A stretch of 64,000 nt of DNA from positions 1,540,447-1,604,446 of the forward strand of contig OZ253496.1 of NCBI GenBank assembly GCA_965262115.1. The letters run 5' to 3'. Below, piece after piece: positions 1 through 11,174 of this stretch. Every line of letters starts with the position of its first letter. Within the stretch, counting starts at the first letter, position 1. Source of the DNA: Nitrospinales bacterium (lineage in GTDB: Bacteria > Nitrospinota > Nitrospinia > Nitrospinales > VA-1). A program made the position numbers and the translations under genes. The notes below the pieces were generated by a model that was not told where the DNA came from, made no database searches, and saw nothing but the letters and a program-made list of their open reading frames with translations.

Positions 1-123
1 CCATCGTTTTTGGTACGGGATAGCGCCAAGGGAAATAACGGCAGCCTTGGCATTTACCAAGGCATTTGATATGGCTTGAGAGTCATATTTGATCCAGTTT
101 TCGGGCATGTTATATTTAATCAT
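1..123 (-). CDS. Partial CDS, N-terminus only, running off the left edge; possibly Fic/DOC-family-like
   Basis: Minus-strand ATG at 123-121 opens a frame that stays open to position 1 (MIKYNMPENWIKYDSQAISNALVNAKAAVISLGAIPYQKRW...). It is under 60 aa, so absent from the ORF track. The Fic-like resemblance is by eye only. A very AT-rich tract lies upstream (124-340). Confidence 0.3.
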   Translation of the reverse strand, partial: MIKYNMPENWIKYDSQAISNALVNAKAAVISLGAIPYQKRW

Positions 124-394
124 TTTTAACATTATATTTTTGTTTTATTTTAAAGTCAAGTTTTAATAAGTCTTTTATTTAAAAGAATTTATAAAATATT
201 TTACAAATATATTTATAGTTTATTTTTAATTTATATTAACTTAATATATTCAACATTTCCTATAGATATCTAGTTAAAAACAAATTGTGCAGCAAAAAAG
301 GAGCTAATAAACGATTAAAAATTAAAGGAAAACTATCTTGATTTGCCAGGGGAATGGGAGGCGAGGAGGGGTGGGGATTGCCTGTTTTTGCTTA

Positions 395-418
395 CCTGCC
401 TCCCTAATGGGAGGCAGG
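395..418 (-). terminator. GC-rich hairpin downstream of thiC; candidate terminator, possibly bidirectional
   Basis: CCTGCCTCCC-TAAT-GGGAGGCAGG is a perfect 10-bp stem 27 nt after the thiC stop. The U-tract is weak on the thiC strand and GTTTT follows on the plus strand. Confidence 0.35.
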
Positions 419-444
419 GTTTTAGAGCTGGGCGATCTATGCGG

Positions 445-3024
<2,580 letters not shown>

Positions 3025-3029
<5 letters not shown>

Positions 3030-3060
3030 AGCTCAATCAGGCCATCCAGCGGGCTGCTGG
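3025..3060. repeat. Direct repeat copy 1: a duplicated thiG 3' end abutting the thiE start
   Basis: ATCATAGCTCAATCAGGCCATCCAGCGGGCTGCTGG matches 3236-3271 at 35 of 36 positions. This copy contains the thiE ATG (3029-3027). Confidence 0.9.
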
Positions 3061-3070
3061 ATGAACAAAT

Positions 3071-3189
3071 CGTCATCGCGAGCGACTGTGTGAAATTCTT
3101 CATTTGCCTTCATGCCCCGAAGGGGTAAAAGGAGCGCGGCGATCCGGGTTTCTGGATTGCTTCGTCGCGGTTAGCTCCTCGCAATGACG
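3071..3189. mobile_element. MITE-like element, family B (terminal inverted repeats CGTCATYGCGAG)
   Basis: It starts CGTCATCGCGAGCGAC and ends GCTCCTCGCAATGACG, which are inverted. The first ~75 nt are nearly identical to 6905-6980. It has no coding capacity. Confidence 0.7.
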
Positions 3190-3235
3190 GGTTATAAAAA
3201 GTTCTTGTTTTTGGCGGCACAGAAGTCATCATAAG

Positions 3236-3271
3236 ATCACAGCTCAATCAGGCCATCCAGCGGGCTGCTGG
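3236..3271. repeat. Direct repeat copy 2: the authentic thiG 3' end
   Basis: ATCACAGCTCAATCAGGCCATCCAGCGGGCTGCTGG. It contains the thiG stop codon (3239-3237). Confidence 0.9.
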
Positions 3272-4019
3272 CTGAGGCATAAAGTTTTTTAGGGATGCGT
3301 CCGGCTTCATAAGCCAGTCGGCCGGACTCCACCGCCATTTTCATAGCTAATGCCATCTTGTACGGCTCTTTCGCGCTGGCGATGGCAGTGTTCATCAAGA
3401 TTCCTGAAACGCCGAGTTCCATGGCGCGGCTGGCATCGGAGGCGGTGCCAACCCCGGCATCGATGATGACCGGCACCTTGACCGCTTCTAAAATCAGTTT
3501 GATGTTATACGGGTTGCGAATGCCGAGGCCGGAGCCGATCGGCGCCGCCAGTGGCATGACTGCGGCGCAACCGATGTCTTCGAGTTTTTTGCAGAGCACG
3601 ACATCGTCGGTGCAATAAGGCAGAACATGAAAGCCGTCTTTGACTAATAGTTTAGAAGCCTCCAGCGTGGCTTCGTTGTCGGGGAACAGAGTTTTCTCGT
3701 CACCGATGACTTCTACCTTGACGATGTTTCCCAGTCTCGCTTCCCGCGCCAGTTCGCAAGTCATCACCGCCTCTTTCAGCGTGTAGCATCCGGCGGTGTT
3801 GGGCAGAAAAGTGTATTTTTTTGGGTCGAGATGATTGAGTATGGAGTCTTTATTTTTGTCCAGCTCAATGCGGCGAACGGCGACCGTCACAATTTCGGCG
3901 CCGGAAATTTCGATAGCCTGTCGGGTTTCGTCGAAGGATTTATATTTCCCGGTCCCTACAATCAGCCTGGACTTGAAGGTCTTGTCGCCAATTTTCATGA
4001 ATTCTTGTTTTGTGTTCAT
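3237..4019 (-). CDS. thiG: Thiazole synthase ThiG
   Basis: 260-aa ORF with typical ThiG sequence ([12 protein letters not shown]..., [14 protein letters not shown]). Confidence 0.95.
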   Translation of the reverse strand: MNTKQEFMKIGDKTFKSRLIVGTGKYKSFDETRQAIEISGAEIVTVAVRRIELDKNKDSILNHLDPKKYTFLPNTAGCYTLKEAVMTCELAREARLGNIVKVEVIGDEKTLFPDNEATLEASKLLVKDGFHVLPYCTDDVVLCKKLEDIGCAAVMPLAAPIGSGLGIRNPYNIKLILEAVKVPVIIDAGVGTASDASRAMELGVSGILMNTAIASAKEPYKMALAMKMAVESGRLAYEAGRIPKKLYASASSPLDGLIEL

Positions 4020-4043
4020 ATTGCCAGTTTTAAAAAATTAAAA

Positions 4044-4247
4044 TTAAATTCCACCACCGACGGCATGCACAATTTCAACCTCGTCGTTTTCCTGGATCGG
4101 GGTTGCGGCGTATTTGGATTTTGGAACGACTTGCTGGTTAAGGGCCATGGCGAAATTTGGGGCCTGAATATCGAGCTCGCGAGCCAGGTCCTCAAGGTTC
4201 TGGCTTTTCAGGATTTCGCGGTTTTCGCCATTAATCGTCAGTTTCAT
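4044..4247 (-). CDS. thiS: Sulfur-carrier protein ThiS
   Basis: 67-aa ubiquitin-like ORF directly upstream of thiG. The C-terminus is ...VHAVGGGI, a GG motif with one extra residue. Confidence 0.8.
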   Translation of the reverse strand: MKLTINGENREILKSQNLEDLARELDIQAPNFAMALNQQVVPKSKYAATPIQENDEVEIVHAVGGGI

Positions 4248-4362
4248 AGGATACGCTCCAGAAAAAGGACAAGGTCCAGTCCAAAATATCCGTTAAATCA
4301 ATAAGACAAGACTAAAATCGCGGATCAAATGCAGGAGGGATTCTTAAAGGAAGGGCGGACAT

Positions 4363-4400
4363 AAAAAAAGCCGCATCCCAACCTTGGAGGAAATGCAGCG
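4363..4400 (-). terminator. Intrinsic terminator / attenuator; candidate expression platform of the TPP riboswitch
   Basis: The minus strand reads GCUGCAUUUC-loop-GGGAUGCGGC, about 10 bp including G-U pairs, followed by UUUUUUU. It lies between the aptamer and the thiS start. Confidence 0.55.
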
Positions 4401-4414
4401 TATCTATTGTAAGA

Positions 4415-4510
4415 TGGCCTCACTTCCCTTCGCTGGCATGATCCAGATCAGGTTCAAAGGGTCGTCCTGTTTTAGGACTCTCAGTTCAAAAACGCCCCCA
4501 GTGTTCGTGA
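4415..4510 (-). promoter_or_regulatory. TPP (THI-box) riboswitch aptamer
   Basis: The minus strand contains CUGAGA ... ACCCUUUGAACCUGAUCUGGAUCAUGCCAGCGAAGGGAAG, the canonical THI-element core. It lies upstream of thiS. Confidence 0.9.
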
Positions 4511-4551
4511 CGAGTCTAGGTTATTTCATATTTCCTACAAGTCAACAATTA

Positions 4552-4579
4552 TTGACGTAAAAATAAAAAAGAGTAATAT
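4552..4579 (+). promoter_or_regulatory. Candidate sigma70-type promoter (TTGACG-16 nt-TAATAT) for the TPR/SH3 lipoprotein gene
   Basis: Near-consensus -35 (4552-4557) and -10 (4574-4579) hexamers. The -10 overlaps the ATG at 4578, so the ATG at 4587 would be at or near the transcript 5' end. Confidence 0.35.
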
Positions 4580-5774
4580 GCACATTATGTTTCCCACACT
4601 CCTGTTGCGCGTTTTGTTAATGGTTCTCCTTTTTGGGATCAGTGGTTGCGTCACCCGCTCGGCGCCTGTAAATCCCCATTTTGAGATGCCACCCGAGAAT
4701 CTGCCTAAAGCGCAGCTGGAGCTGTATAACCGCGCCATGGCGCAACTAAAAAACAATCAACTCGACAACTCGATTGATCTCTGGAAACAGTTTTTGCAAA
4801 ACAACCCGAGGTCGTTCAGGGGCCATAACAACCTTGGCATGGCGTTTTATTCCAGTGACCAACTGGCACCCGCCGTGACCTCTTTTGAAACCGCTCTGGC
4901 TCTGGAACCTTTTGACACTAAGATCAAGGATAATCTGAAAAGAGCATTACGGTTTCAGGTCACAATTTTGCGGGAGAACAAGGATTTTGAAACAGCTATC
5001 GAGCATCTCGAAAGGGTGAAAAAACTCACCGATCTTGGGGGAAAAGAGAAAGTGGCGCTGAAGATAGAAACCCTCCAGGACCTTATCTACGAGCAGGTCA
5101 AGCGGGCCAACACGTTGGAAGATTATGAAGCGTTTGTGGCGAAATATCCCGACAACCCGAAAAACTCTGATGAGGCCCGGCGTCTGATTGCCAAAATTAA
5201 GCCGGAAGAATCCCTGTTGGGAGAATTTCCGGAAATGCAGGGAGACATGTTGCCCGACCCTGTGCAACGAACCACCCAGACCCGAGAGGAGGTTTTTGTC
5301 CCCGAGCCGATGGGAGAGAGCCGTGTTCCTATTGCTTCCGCGCCTGTGCGCAGGGAATCGATAGAAATCGTGGCGGAAACAAAACGGTCTGTTGATGAGG
5401 AAGAGTTTTTCGAGGAGACACTGGATGAGAGGTTGGAACCTGTGGTGGAAGAAGCTACGCCAAAATCGTCAGCAATGGAGCGGCCTCAAAGAACCGAACC
5501 GATTGTGGATCCGGATATGGAAATGAAACGGGAAACACCTTCGATTGCCGCTCCGGTCGAGGAACCTGTGCCAACAAAACGGGTGCGGGTCACGACCCAA
5601 AATGCCTCGCTTCGAGTGTGGGCAAAACCGGATGCCCGGTCTACAGTGATGTCCCAGATCCCCAAAAATTCGGTTGTGCCGGTTTTTCAGGATACCGACA
5701 AGTGGTTCCAGATTGAGTACCAAAAAGGCAAGAAGGGCTGGATCTCCAAAAAATATTCCCGGCTGGTAAATTAA
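4578..5774 (+). CDS. Lipoprotein with TPR repeats and a C-terminal SH3b domain
   Basis: 398-aa ORF with signal peptide and lipobox (LLFGISGC). TPR-like N-terminal half, acidic linker, SH3b-like C-terminus (ASLRVWAKPDARS...WFQIEYQKGKKGWISKKY). The start could be 4587. Confidence 0.7.
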   Translation: MHIMFPTLLLRVLLMVLLFGISGCVTRSAPVNPHFEMPPENLPKAQLELYNRAMAQLKNNQLDNSIDLWKQFLQNNPRSFRGHNNLGMAFYSSDQLAPAVTSFETALALEPFDTKIKDNLKRALRFQVTILRENKDFETAIEHLERVKKLTDLGGKEKVALKIETLQDLIYEQVKRANTLEDYEAFVAKYPDNPKNSDEARRLIAKIKPEESLLGEFPEMQGDMLPDPVQRTTQTREEVFVPEPMGESRVPIASAPVRRESIEIVAETKRSVDEEEFFEETLDERLEPVVEEATPKSSAMERPQRTEPIVDPDMEMKRETPSIAAPVEEPVPTKRVRVTTQNASLRVWAKPDARSTVMSQIPKNSVVPVFQDTDKWFQIEYQKGKKGWISKKYSRLVN

Positions 5775-5923
5775 CCCCCTTCATCCAATTAGCTGATTCC
5801 TCCATCCATTACTGGATGTTATCCAGAAGTGTTGTTTGCTGTGATTCGAGTTGACCCGGTTTGACCGCATGAATATAATCCGTTATTGGCAGGTAATTTA
5901 GATATCGAACTATTTGGAGAATT

Positions 5924-6891
5924 ATGGCAACGATTGATAAGGAAGAACTGGATGCATTGATCCAGAGCGAGTGGGATTATCTGGAATCCAAAAGAGGCGA
6001 GTGGAGCCTTCTTGAAGGGAAACAGGATATGGAAGTGCTGGAACATGTCTTGCGCTGTATCCTGCATATGGATTTGACCGAAGAAAAACCCCGCGAATTC
6101 AAAGAGTGCGTCAAGGTGCAAAACCCGGATGGCGGCTGGTCTAAAGAATCCCACACCGAAAAACTTCGATGTGGATCACGACTTTTGTTGGGCTCAAACT
6201 CTGCCGGGGTAATATGGCTCTCAAAGATCCGGAAATTCAAGTGACCGTTGATAAGACTCTGGAATATGTCCTGTCCATGCAGGAAGAAGACGGGCATTGG
6301 TCCGATGCTGAATGGTCTCATCTGGATACGACCTGTTCGGTCACGTGCTTTCTGACCATCTATCAGGTCACTCAGGACAAGACCGATGACGAACGCATCA
6401 ACAAAGCTCGTGTTAGAGGCTTCGAGTTTATCAAGGAATGGCAAAAGGATTCAGGACTCTGGAAAGATGAAACGTTCCATCCGGCAGGTATCGAAACCAC
6501 GGCGCATTTAATGCAGTACACTCTGGTTCCCGCCTACTTCATGGACAAAATCGAGTATGCCGGAAAAATGTGCATGCAGGCGGCCGACTCCCTCGTGGCG
6601 GAACAAGCCGCAAACGGCAGTTGGGATAATGAAAATAATGACCACACCATGGATGCCTGTCGTAACCTGATGCTGGTGTCGGACACCTTCAAGGATAAGG
6701 AAAAATACACGCCGATTATTGAAAAAGGGGTGCGCTGGCTGATCGATATTAAAAATGAGCAGGGCTGGGGAGACTTCCCCGAGGAACCGAGCAACGTGGA
6801 ACGCAGCGCAGATGGACTGGATACCCTGCTCAAATACCGGCGCTACTGCTCCAGCAAACCGATGTCCGATTTCTGGGCTTTTTCTAAATAA
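5924..6891 (+). pseudogene. Prenyltransferase / squalene-cyclase-repeat protein, split by a frameshift at an A5 run
   Basis: ORFs 5924-6244 and 6169-6891 overlap in different frames. Both carry the repeated D-G-[GH]-W / NGSW / QGWG motifs of terpene-cyclase-like repeats. One extra A at 6159-6163 would read ...SHTEKTSMWITTFVGL... continuously. Confidence 0.6.
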
Positions 6892-6904
6892 CCCCTTCAG
6901 TATT

Positions 6905-7062
6905 CGTCATCGCGAGCGACTGTGTGAAATTCTTCATTTGCCTTCATGCCCCGAAGGGGTAAAAGGAGCGTGGCGATCCAGACTTCTGGATTTACCCTTT
7001 CAGGGCACGAAAGCTTGGGAAGAATATCTCGGCTTCGTCGCTGTTGGCTCCTCGCAATGACG
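6905..7062. mobile_element. MITE-like element, family B, longer copy
   Basis: Same termini as 3071-3189 (CGTCATCGCGAGCGAC ... GCTCCTCGCAATGACG) and a near-identical first ~75 nt. It has an extra ~39-nt internal segment. Confidence 0.7.
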
Positions 7063-7114
7063 TGCTATGCAAGGGTTTCCCTGTCAAGGGGTGTCAAGCT
7101 GGTAGAGGTTTTTT

Positions 7115-7870
7115 GTGGAAGCAATCATATTACTTGCCGGTTACGGCTCACGTCTGGATCGGCAAGATCTTGCTCATAAAGCGCTGCTGCCTTTCGGCGA
7201 GGAGACACTGCTTTCCCGCCACTTGAAATGCCTCAAAGCTCTGGGCATTCAGAAAACCCATCTCATCCTGGGTCATAATGCTCCGGTGCTGAAATCCTAT
7301 GTGCAGGAACTCAACCTCGATCTGCCGGTACATTTCATTGATAACCCGGTCTACCGCACCACCGGCAACACATTGTCGATGGTGATGGGACTCAAACACT
7401 GCCAGGACGAAACATTGATTCTCGATGGCGATGTATTGTATCCGCCCGAGGCCCTGCTCAATTATGTCCAAAAAGCGTCGCGCTCTTCATTTGCGTTGAT
7501 ACCTGCTGATATCGACGACGCTGAATGCGCGAAAGTATTGTTGAATCCATCAGGAACCATCCACGCTTTCATCACCAAACGAGAACTGACCGACGAGGAA
7601 AAATCCGGTTTCAGTTTTGGTGGCGAGGCTATAGGATTTTTCATGCTGCGCCAGGAAGATGTCCCCCGGTTTGTCGCCCTGTATGAAAATAATGAGTCCG
7701 CCTACCGACCCGTCCTTTGGGAAATCCCGTTCACCGAGTTTGCCCGAAACACCTCCCTGCATCCCTGGAACGTTGAGGAAGAAGGCTGTTTTGAAATAGA
7801 CACCCAAGAGGACTACTCCACCGCATTGAAGCGCTTTCAATCCCACCCGGATCAATACCAGCTCCCATAG
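7115..7870 (+). CDS. Nucleotidyltransferase (NTP_transferase fold; sugar-phosphate or phosphocholine cytidylyl/uridylyltransferase-like)
   Basis: 251-aa ORF with a GTG start. The N-terminal AIILLAGYGSRL matches the G-x-G-x-R-L nucleotide-binding signature. Confidence 0.65.
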   Translation: MEAIILLAGYGSRLDRQDLAHKALLPFGEETLLSRHLKCLKALGIQKTHLILGHNAPVLKSYVQELNLDLPVHFIDNPVYRTTGNTLSMVMGLKHCQDETLILDGDVLYPPEALLNYVQKASRSSFALIPADIDDAECAKVLLNPSGTIHAFITKRELTDEEKSGFSFGGEAIGFFMLRQEDVPRFVALYENNESAYRPVLWEIPFTEFARNTSLHPWNVEEEGCFEIDTQEDYSTALKRFQSHPDQYQLP

Positions 7871-8124
7871 CTAATAAAGTACAAATAAGTTAAAAAACTG
7901 TATGATTTTTAACATTTTATATTATTAATTATAATAATTTATCAGTTTTTGGATAAATTTAAATTTTTGTTTAAATTTTTTCTCAGTTTTTAAGAAAAAT
8001 TTCCTCTTTAAATACAAAAGGTTAGATACATCTCTCCCAAGTCCTCCCGAAAACTTTTGTTTATTGGTATCTTTTTTACTTTTTAATTGTGGTTCCCAGG
8101 ATTTAAGGAAACCGGTTTTGATCC

Positions 8125-8649
8125 CTAACTTTGAAGCGACTTAGAGACTTTGATCAATTGGTCCGACAATTTGCGAATGCGCTGTTCGATTTCAGGATCG
8201 GCCAGGTTGTCTCCTTCAAAAGCCGCACCTGTAACGTAAACGAATCGGGGCAGGACGATACATCGAAAGTCCAGCATCAGGCTGTTAGCCAGGCTCATGA
8301 TGGACATATAACTGCCTTGTCCTCCAGCGGCACAAAGAAACCCCACCACCTTATCTTCCCAACTTTTTCCGGTAAGCTCGATCAGGTTCTTCGCGGCGGC
8401 ATTGGCATCGTAGTTATAAATGGGGACGGAAAGCAAAATCCCCTCAGCTTTTTTAACTCGTTCAGCAACAGATATTACCTCCGGTTGTGCGTAAGCCGAA
8501 TCTCCATCACAAAGAGGTAAGGGAATATCCTTTAGAGACATAAAATCTACCGTTGCACCTGCTTGACGTAGTGCTTCCTCGGCCTGTTGTGCCAGGACAC
8601 GGCTACGGCTTTCAGGGTTGAGACTACAGGCCACAATTAAATAAGACAT
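8125..8649 (-). CDS. NAD(P)H-dependent FMN reductase family oxidoreductase
   Basis: 174-aa flavodoxin-like ORF (MSYLIVACSLNPESRSR..., SVPIYNYDANAAAKN). Confidence 0.75.
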   Translation of the reverse strand: MSYLIVACSLNPESRSRVLAQQAEEALRQAGATVDFMSLKDIPLPLCDGDSAYAQPEVISVAERVKKAEGILLSVPIYNYDANAAAKNLIELTGKSWEDKVVGFLCAAGGQGSYMSIMSLANSLMLDFRCIVLPRFVYVTGAAFEGDNLADPEIEQRIRKLSDQLIKVSKSLQS

Positions 8650-8754
8650 TTATTTCTCCAGATTCAAAATGGTTATCACGGAAATGATTCAAATCTTTTC
8701 CCGTTGGCTTTCCATCTTATTTACAGTATAAAATTCCAGTTATAAAATTTAATT

Positions 8755-9480
8755 TTGGGAAATTTTCCATTGCCTTTATCGTCTTATAAAGCGGTTTTTT
8801 TTGATGTCGGGGGGACTCTGATCCACGTTCACCCGTCGGTCGGGGATGTCTATGCCCGACACGCCCGCCCCTTCGGCTATTCGGGTTCTGTCGAGGTTTT
8901 AAACGAAGAGTTTCGCGCGCAATGGAAGAAAATGGGGGGTATCGAGTCTTTGGGCAATCAGAGCGGAGCCGAAGCGGAAAGAAATTTTTGGCGCAAATTG
9001 GTTTATGAGGTGTTTCAACCGCTGGGAGGGCTCGACCGGTTTGAAGAATACTTTGATCTCATTTTTGAGGCGTTTCGAGAGAAATCCAACTGGCGCGTTT
9101 ATGAAGATGTGATCGAATCAAAAATTCTCGAAACTCTGAAAAAAAGAGGCGTGGTGTTGGGGGTCATTTCTAACTGGGACTCGCGGTTGACCTCCACCCT
9201 GGAAAATATTGGTCTCGCGCGGTATTTTGATTTTATCTTACCCTCTGCTGTGGTCGGTTCGGCAAAGCCCGATAAAAAAATATTTGAGGAAGCGTTAAGA
9301 CGAAGTGGTGTCCAGCCTCATGAAGCCTGCCATATCGGCGATGAAATGCGAACCGATGTAGATGGGGCCCAGGCGGCTGGTATACATCCTATCCTGCTGG
9401 ACCGGGACAACCGTTTTGACTTGGCGGGAGTGACGAAAGTTGCTTCCCTTAGAGAACTGAATCCGTCGGCTGAATTGTGA
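8755..9480 (+). CDS. HAD-superfamily hydrolase (subfamily IA)
   Basis: 241-aa ORF with motif I FFDVGGTLI and a later GDEMRTD motif. TTG start. Confidence 0.75.
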   Translation: MGNFPLPLSSYKAVFFDVGGTLIHVHPSVGDVYARHARPFGYSGSVEVLNEEFRAQWKKMGGIESLGNQSGAEAERNFWRKLVYEVFQPLGGLDRFEEYFDLIFEAFREKSNWRVYEDVIESKILETLKKRGVVLGVISNWDSRLTSTLENIGLARYFDFILPSAVVGSAKPDKKIFEEALRRSGVQPHEACHIGDEMRTDVDGAQAAGIHPILLDRDNRFDLAGVTKVASLRELNPSAEL

Positions 9481-9505
9481 AGCGGGGAAAGTGGATAGGC
9501 GGCTT

Positions 9506-9670
9506 TTAAGCCTTATAGCCTTTTATGCCATCCAGTTTAGCATTTTTAAAGCTGGCGTCTTTAGTATCGGCTTTGGTCAAGTCTGCTTTGGAGAGATCCG
9601 CCCCATGGAAAGAGACGGCGTTGAGGTCGGCCTCCCTCAAATTGCTACTGACCAGAGATGCGAAGGTCAT
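9506..9670 (-). CDS. Pentapeptide-repeat ORF; stand-alone 54 aa, or a C-terminal domain of the upstream membrane protein
   Basis: Eight tandem A(D/N)LxX-type pentapeptides (NLREA DLNAV SFHGA DLSKA DLTKA DTKDA SFKNA KLDGI). There is no clear SD before the ATG at 9670. The frame is linked to the upstream ORF through an A10 run. Confidence 0.5.
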   Translation of the reverse strand: MTFASLVSSNLREADLNAVSFHGADLSKADLTKADTKDASFKNAKLDGIKGYKA

Positions 9671-11168
9671 GCCGACCGTTTTTTTTTTGCTTTTCCCGGA
9701 ATTCCAGAGCCAATAAAAAATAAAAAGGGAGATACTCCACCCAGGGGATCCATGGGCTAAATGCTTGAAGTTCTTGATAATCAAAATAAAAGTCGAGGTA
9801 ATAAAGGCCCACCAGTCCGGTCAATACCATCCACGACCGCGCGGGGAAGATACACAAAAATGGCACCACCCAGCAGAGATACCACGGGTTCTGCACCGGA
9901 CTGAGGAGAAATACCAAAGCCATGATCCAGAAAAGCCCGCGAACAAATTCTTCGGGTTGTTGAAGGAGAGAAGCCCCCTTAACCAGTAACCAGAATAAAA
10001 CCCCGATTAATGTAAGGGCCACTGTAACCTTGCTCAGAAAAATTGGCAGGGGATTGGAAAAAATCGTTTCACTCGCGAACCCACCCGACACATTGTTAAA
10101 GATGAAAACCAGAATAGCAAAAATGCTGTCGTTGCTCTGCCAGTACAGGCTGAAGGCTTTGAGTCCATCAAACATCTGCAATCCGATCCCCATAAAGGGT
10201 AGATACCCCAAAATGGCCACTCCGAGAAACAGACTGGTATTGCCGAAAGGAGTCAGCCAGGCTTTCCCCCCCGACTGGCGCATTTTTTCATAACCGGCCT
10301 TGAGGTATAGGGGAAGCAAAATCACGGGGTACAGTTTTCCCAGAAGGCCAAAGGCCAGAAACAGGGTCGCCAAGGTATGGCGGTGACAAAGCAAAAAATA
10401 AATGGAGCCAGTGAGCAGGGATATACCGATGATATCCAAATGGGTCGAGTTAAAAGTTTCCTTGATGATCAGAGGGCTCCAGAAATAAATCAGGCAAGCG
10501 GATTTATCTATCCCCAACCTCGAAAGAATGCCAACGATAAAAACTAAAGTCATGATGTCGAAAATTAAAAATCCGGAACGCAGGGCGACAATGCTGTCGG
10601 GTTTTATCTGATGCGCCAGGCGGAACACAAACTGCGCCATCGGTGGGTAGATGGTGGGCACATCTGGATGGTTCACCCGTTCCAAGTATTTAAGGGATTG
10701 GGGAGACGCCCATTTCAACGCATCCAGTTGTTCCAGTTCGCGCTCGTTGCGTTCAACATAAGTTTCATAATAGCTTTCTGGATTCTGAATCCTTAGCGCC
10801 TTGAAGTCGTGCGCTTCGGCGGGGGCGTATTCAAATGGATTGATTCCATTCGCGAATACTTTTCCATCCCATAAATAGCGGTAGACGTCATCTTCCTGAA
10901 TCTGCTGAGAGGGGAGGATGGCGGCACGAAACAACAGGCCGAACACGATGATCATCCAAAAACTGCCTGCGTCTCCGGGACGCTTGCGCACGATATACCA
11001 AGTGAGGCCATAAAGTGTACACAGGGAAAAATAAACAACAAGATAAGTGAGGAGGGGTCTTTCTGAATATCCCTCTCCCCAGTTGAATTGGTGGGAAAGC
11101 TGGGTCAGGAAACCATAAAGCAGGAGGCTGGCTGTCCCCGTTAACAGGATAGGGAGTCGGGAACGCAT
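9645..11168 (-). CDS. Polytopic membrane protein, GT-C-type glycosyltransferase-like (DUF2029/GT87-like)
   Basis: 507-aa ORF with many hydrophobic segments. It has an early loop motif DDVYRYLWDGKVFANGINPFEY, typical of this family. Confidence 0.55.
   Translation of the reverse strand: MRSRLPILLTGTASLLLYGFLTQLSHQFNWGEGYSERPLLTYLVVYFSLCTLYGLTWYIVRKRPGDAGSFWMIIVFGLLFRAAILPSQQIQEDDVYRYLWDGKVFANGINPFEYAPAEAHDFKALRIQNPESYYETYVERNERELEQLDALKWASPQSLKYLERVNHPDVPTIYPPMAQFVFRLAHQIKPDSIVALRSGFLIFDIMTLVFIVGILSRLGIDKSACLIYFWSPLIIKETFNSTHLDIIGISLLTGSIYFLLCHRHTLATLFLAFGLLGKLYPVILLPLYLKAGYEKMRQSGGKAWLTPFGNTSLFLGVAILGYLPFMGIGLQMFDGLKAFSLYWQSNDSIFAILVFIFNNVSGGFASETIFSNPLPIFLSKVTVALTLIGVLFWLLVKGASLLQQPEEFVRGLFWIMALVFLLSPVQNPWYLCWVVPFLCIFPARSWMVLTGLVGLYYLDFYFDYQELQAFSPWIPWVEYLPFYFLLALEFREKQKKNGRHDLRISGQ
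9679..9688. repeat. Homopolymer T10 (A10 on the coding strand)
   Basis: Counted directly. It lies where the 507-aa ORF frame and the pentapeptide frame overlap. Confidence 0.95.
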
Positions 11169-11174
11169 ACCCGG

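Noticed and set aside
6946-7226. Small plus-strand ORFs (77 aa, 60 aa, 101 aa) around 6755-7226
   Set aside because: They run through the family B MITE and the upstream region of the nucleotidyltransferase gene, and have no SD or domains.
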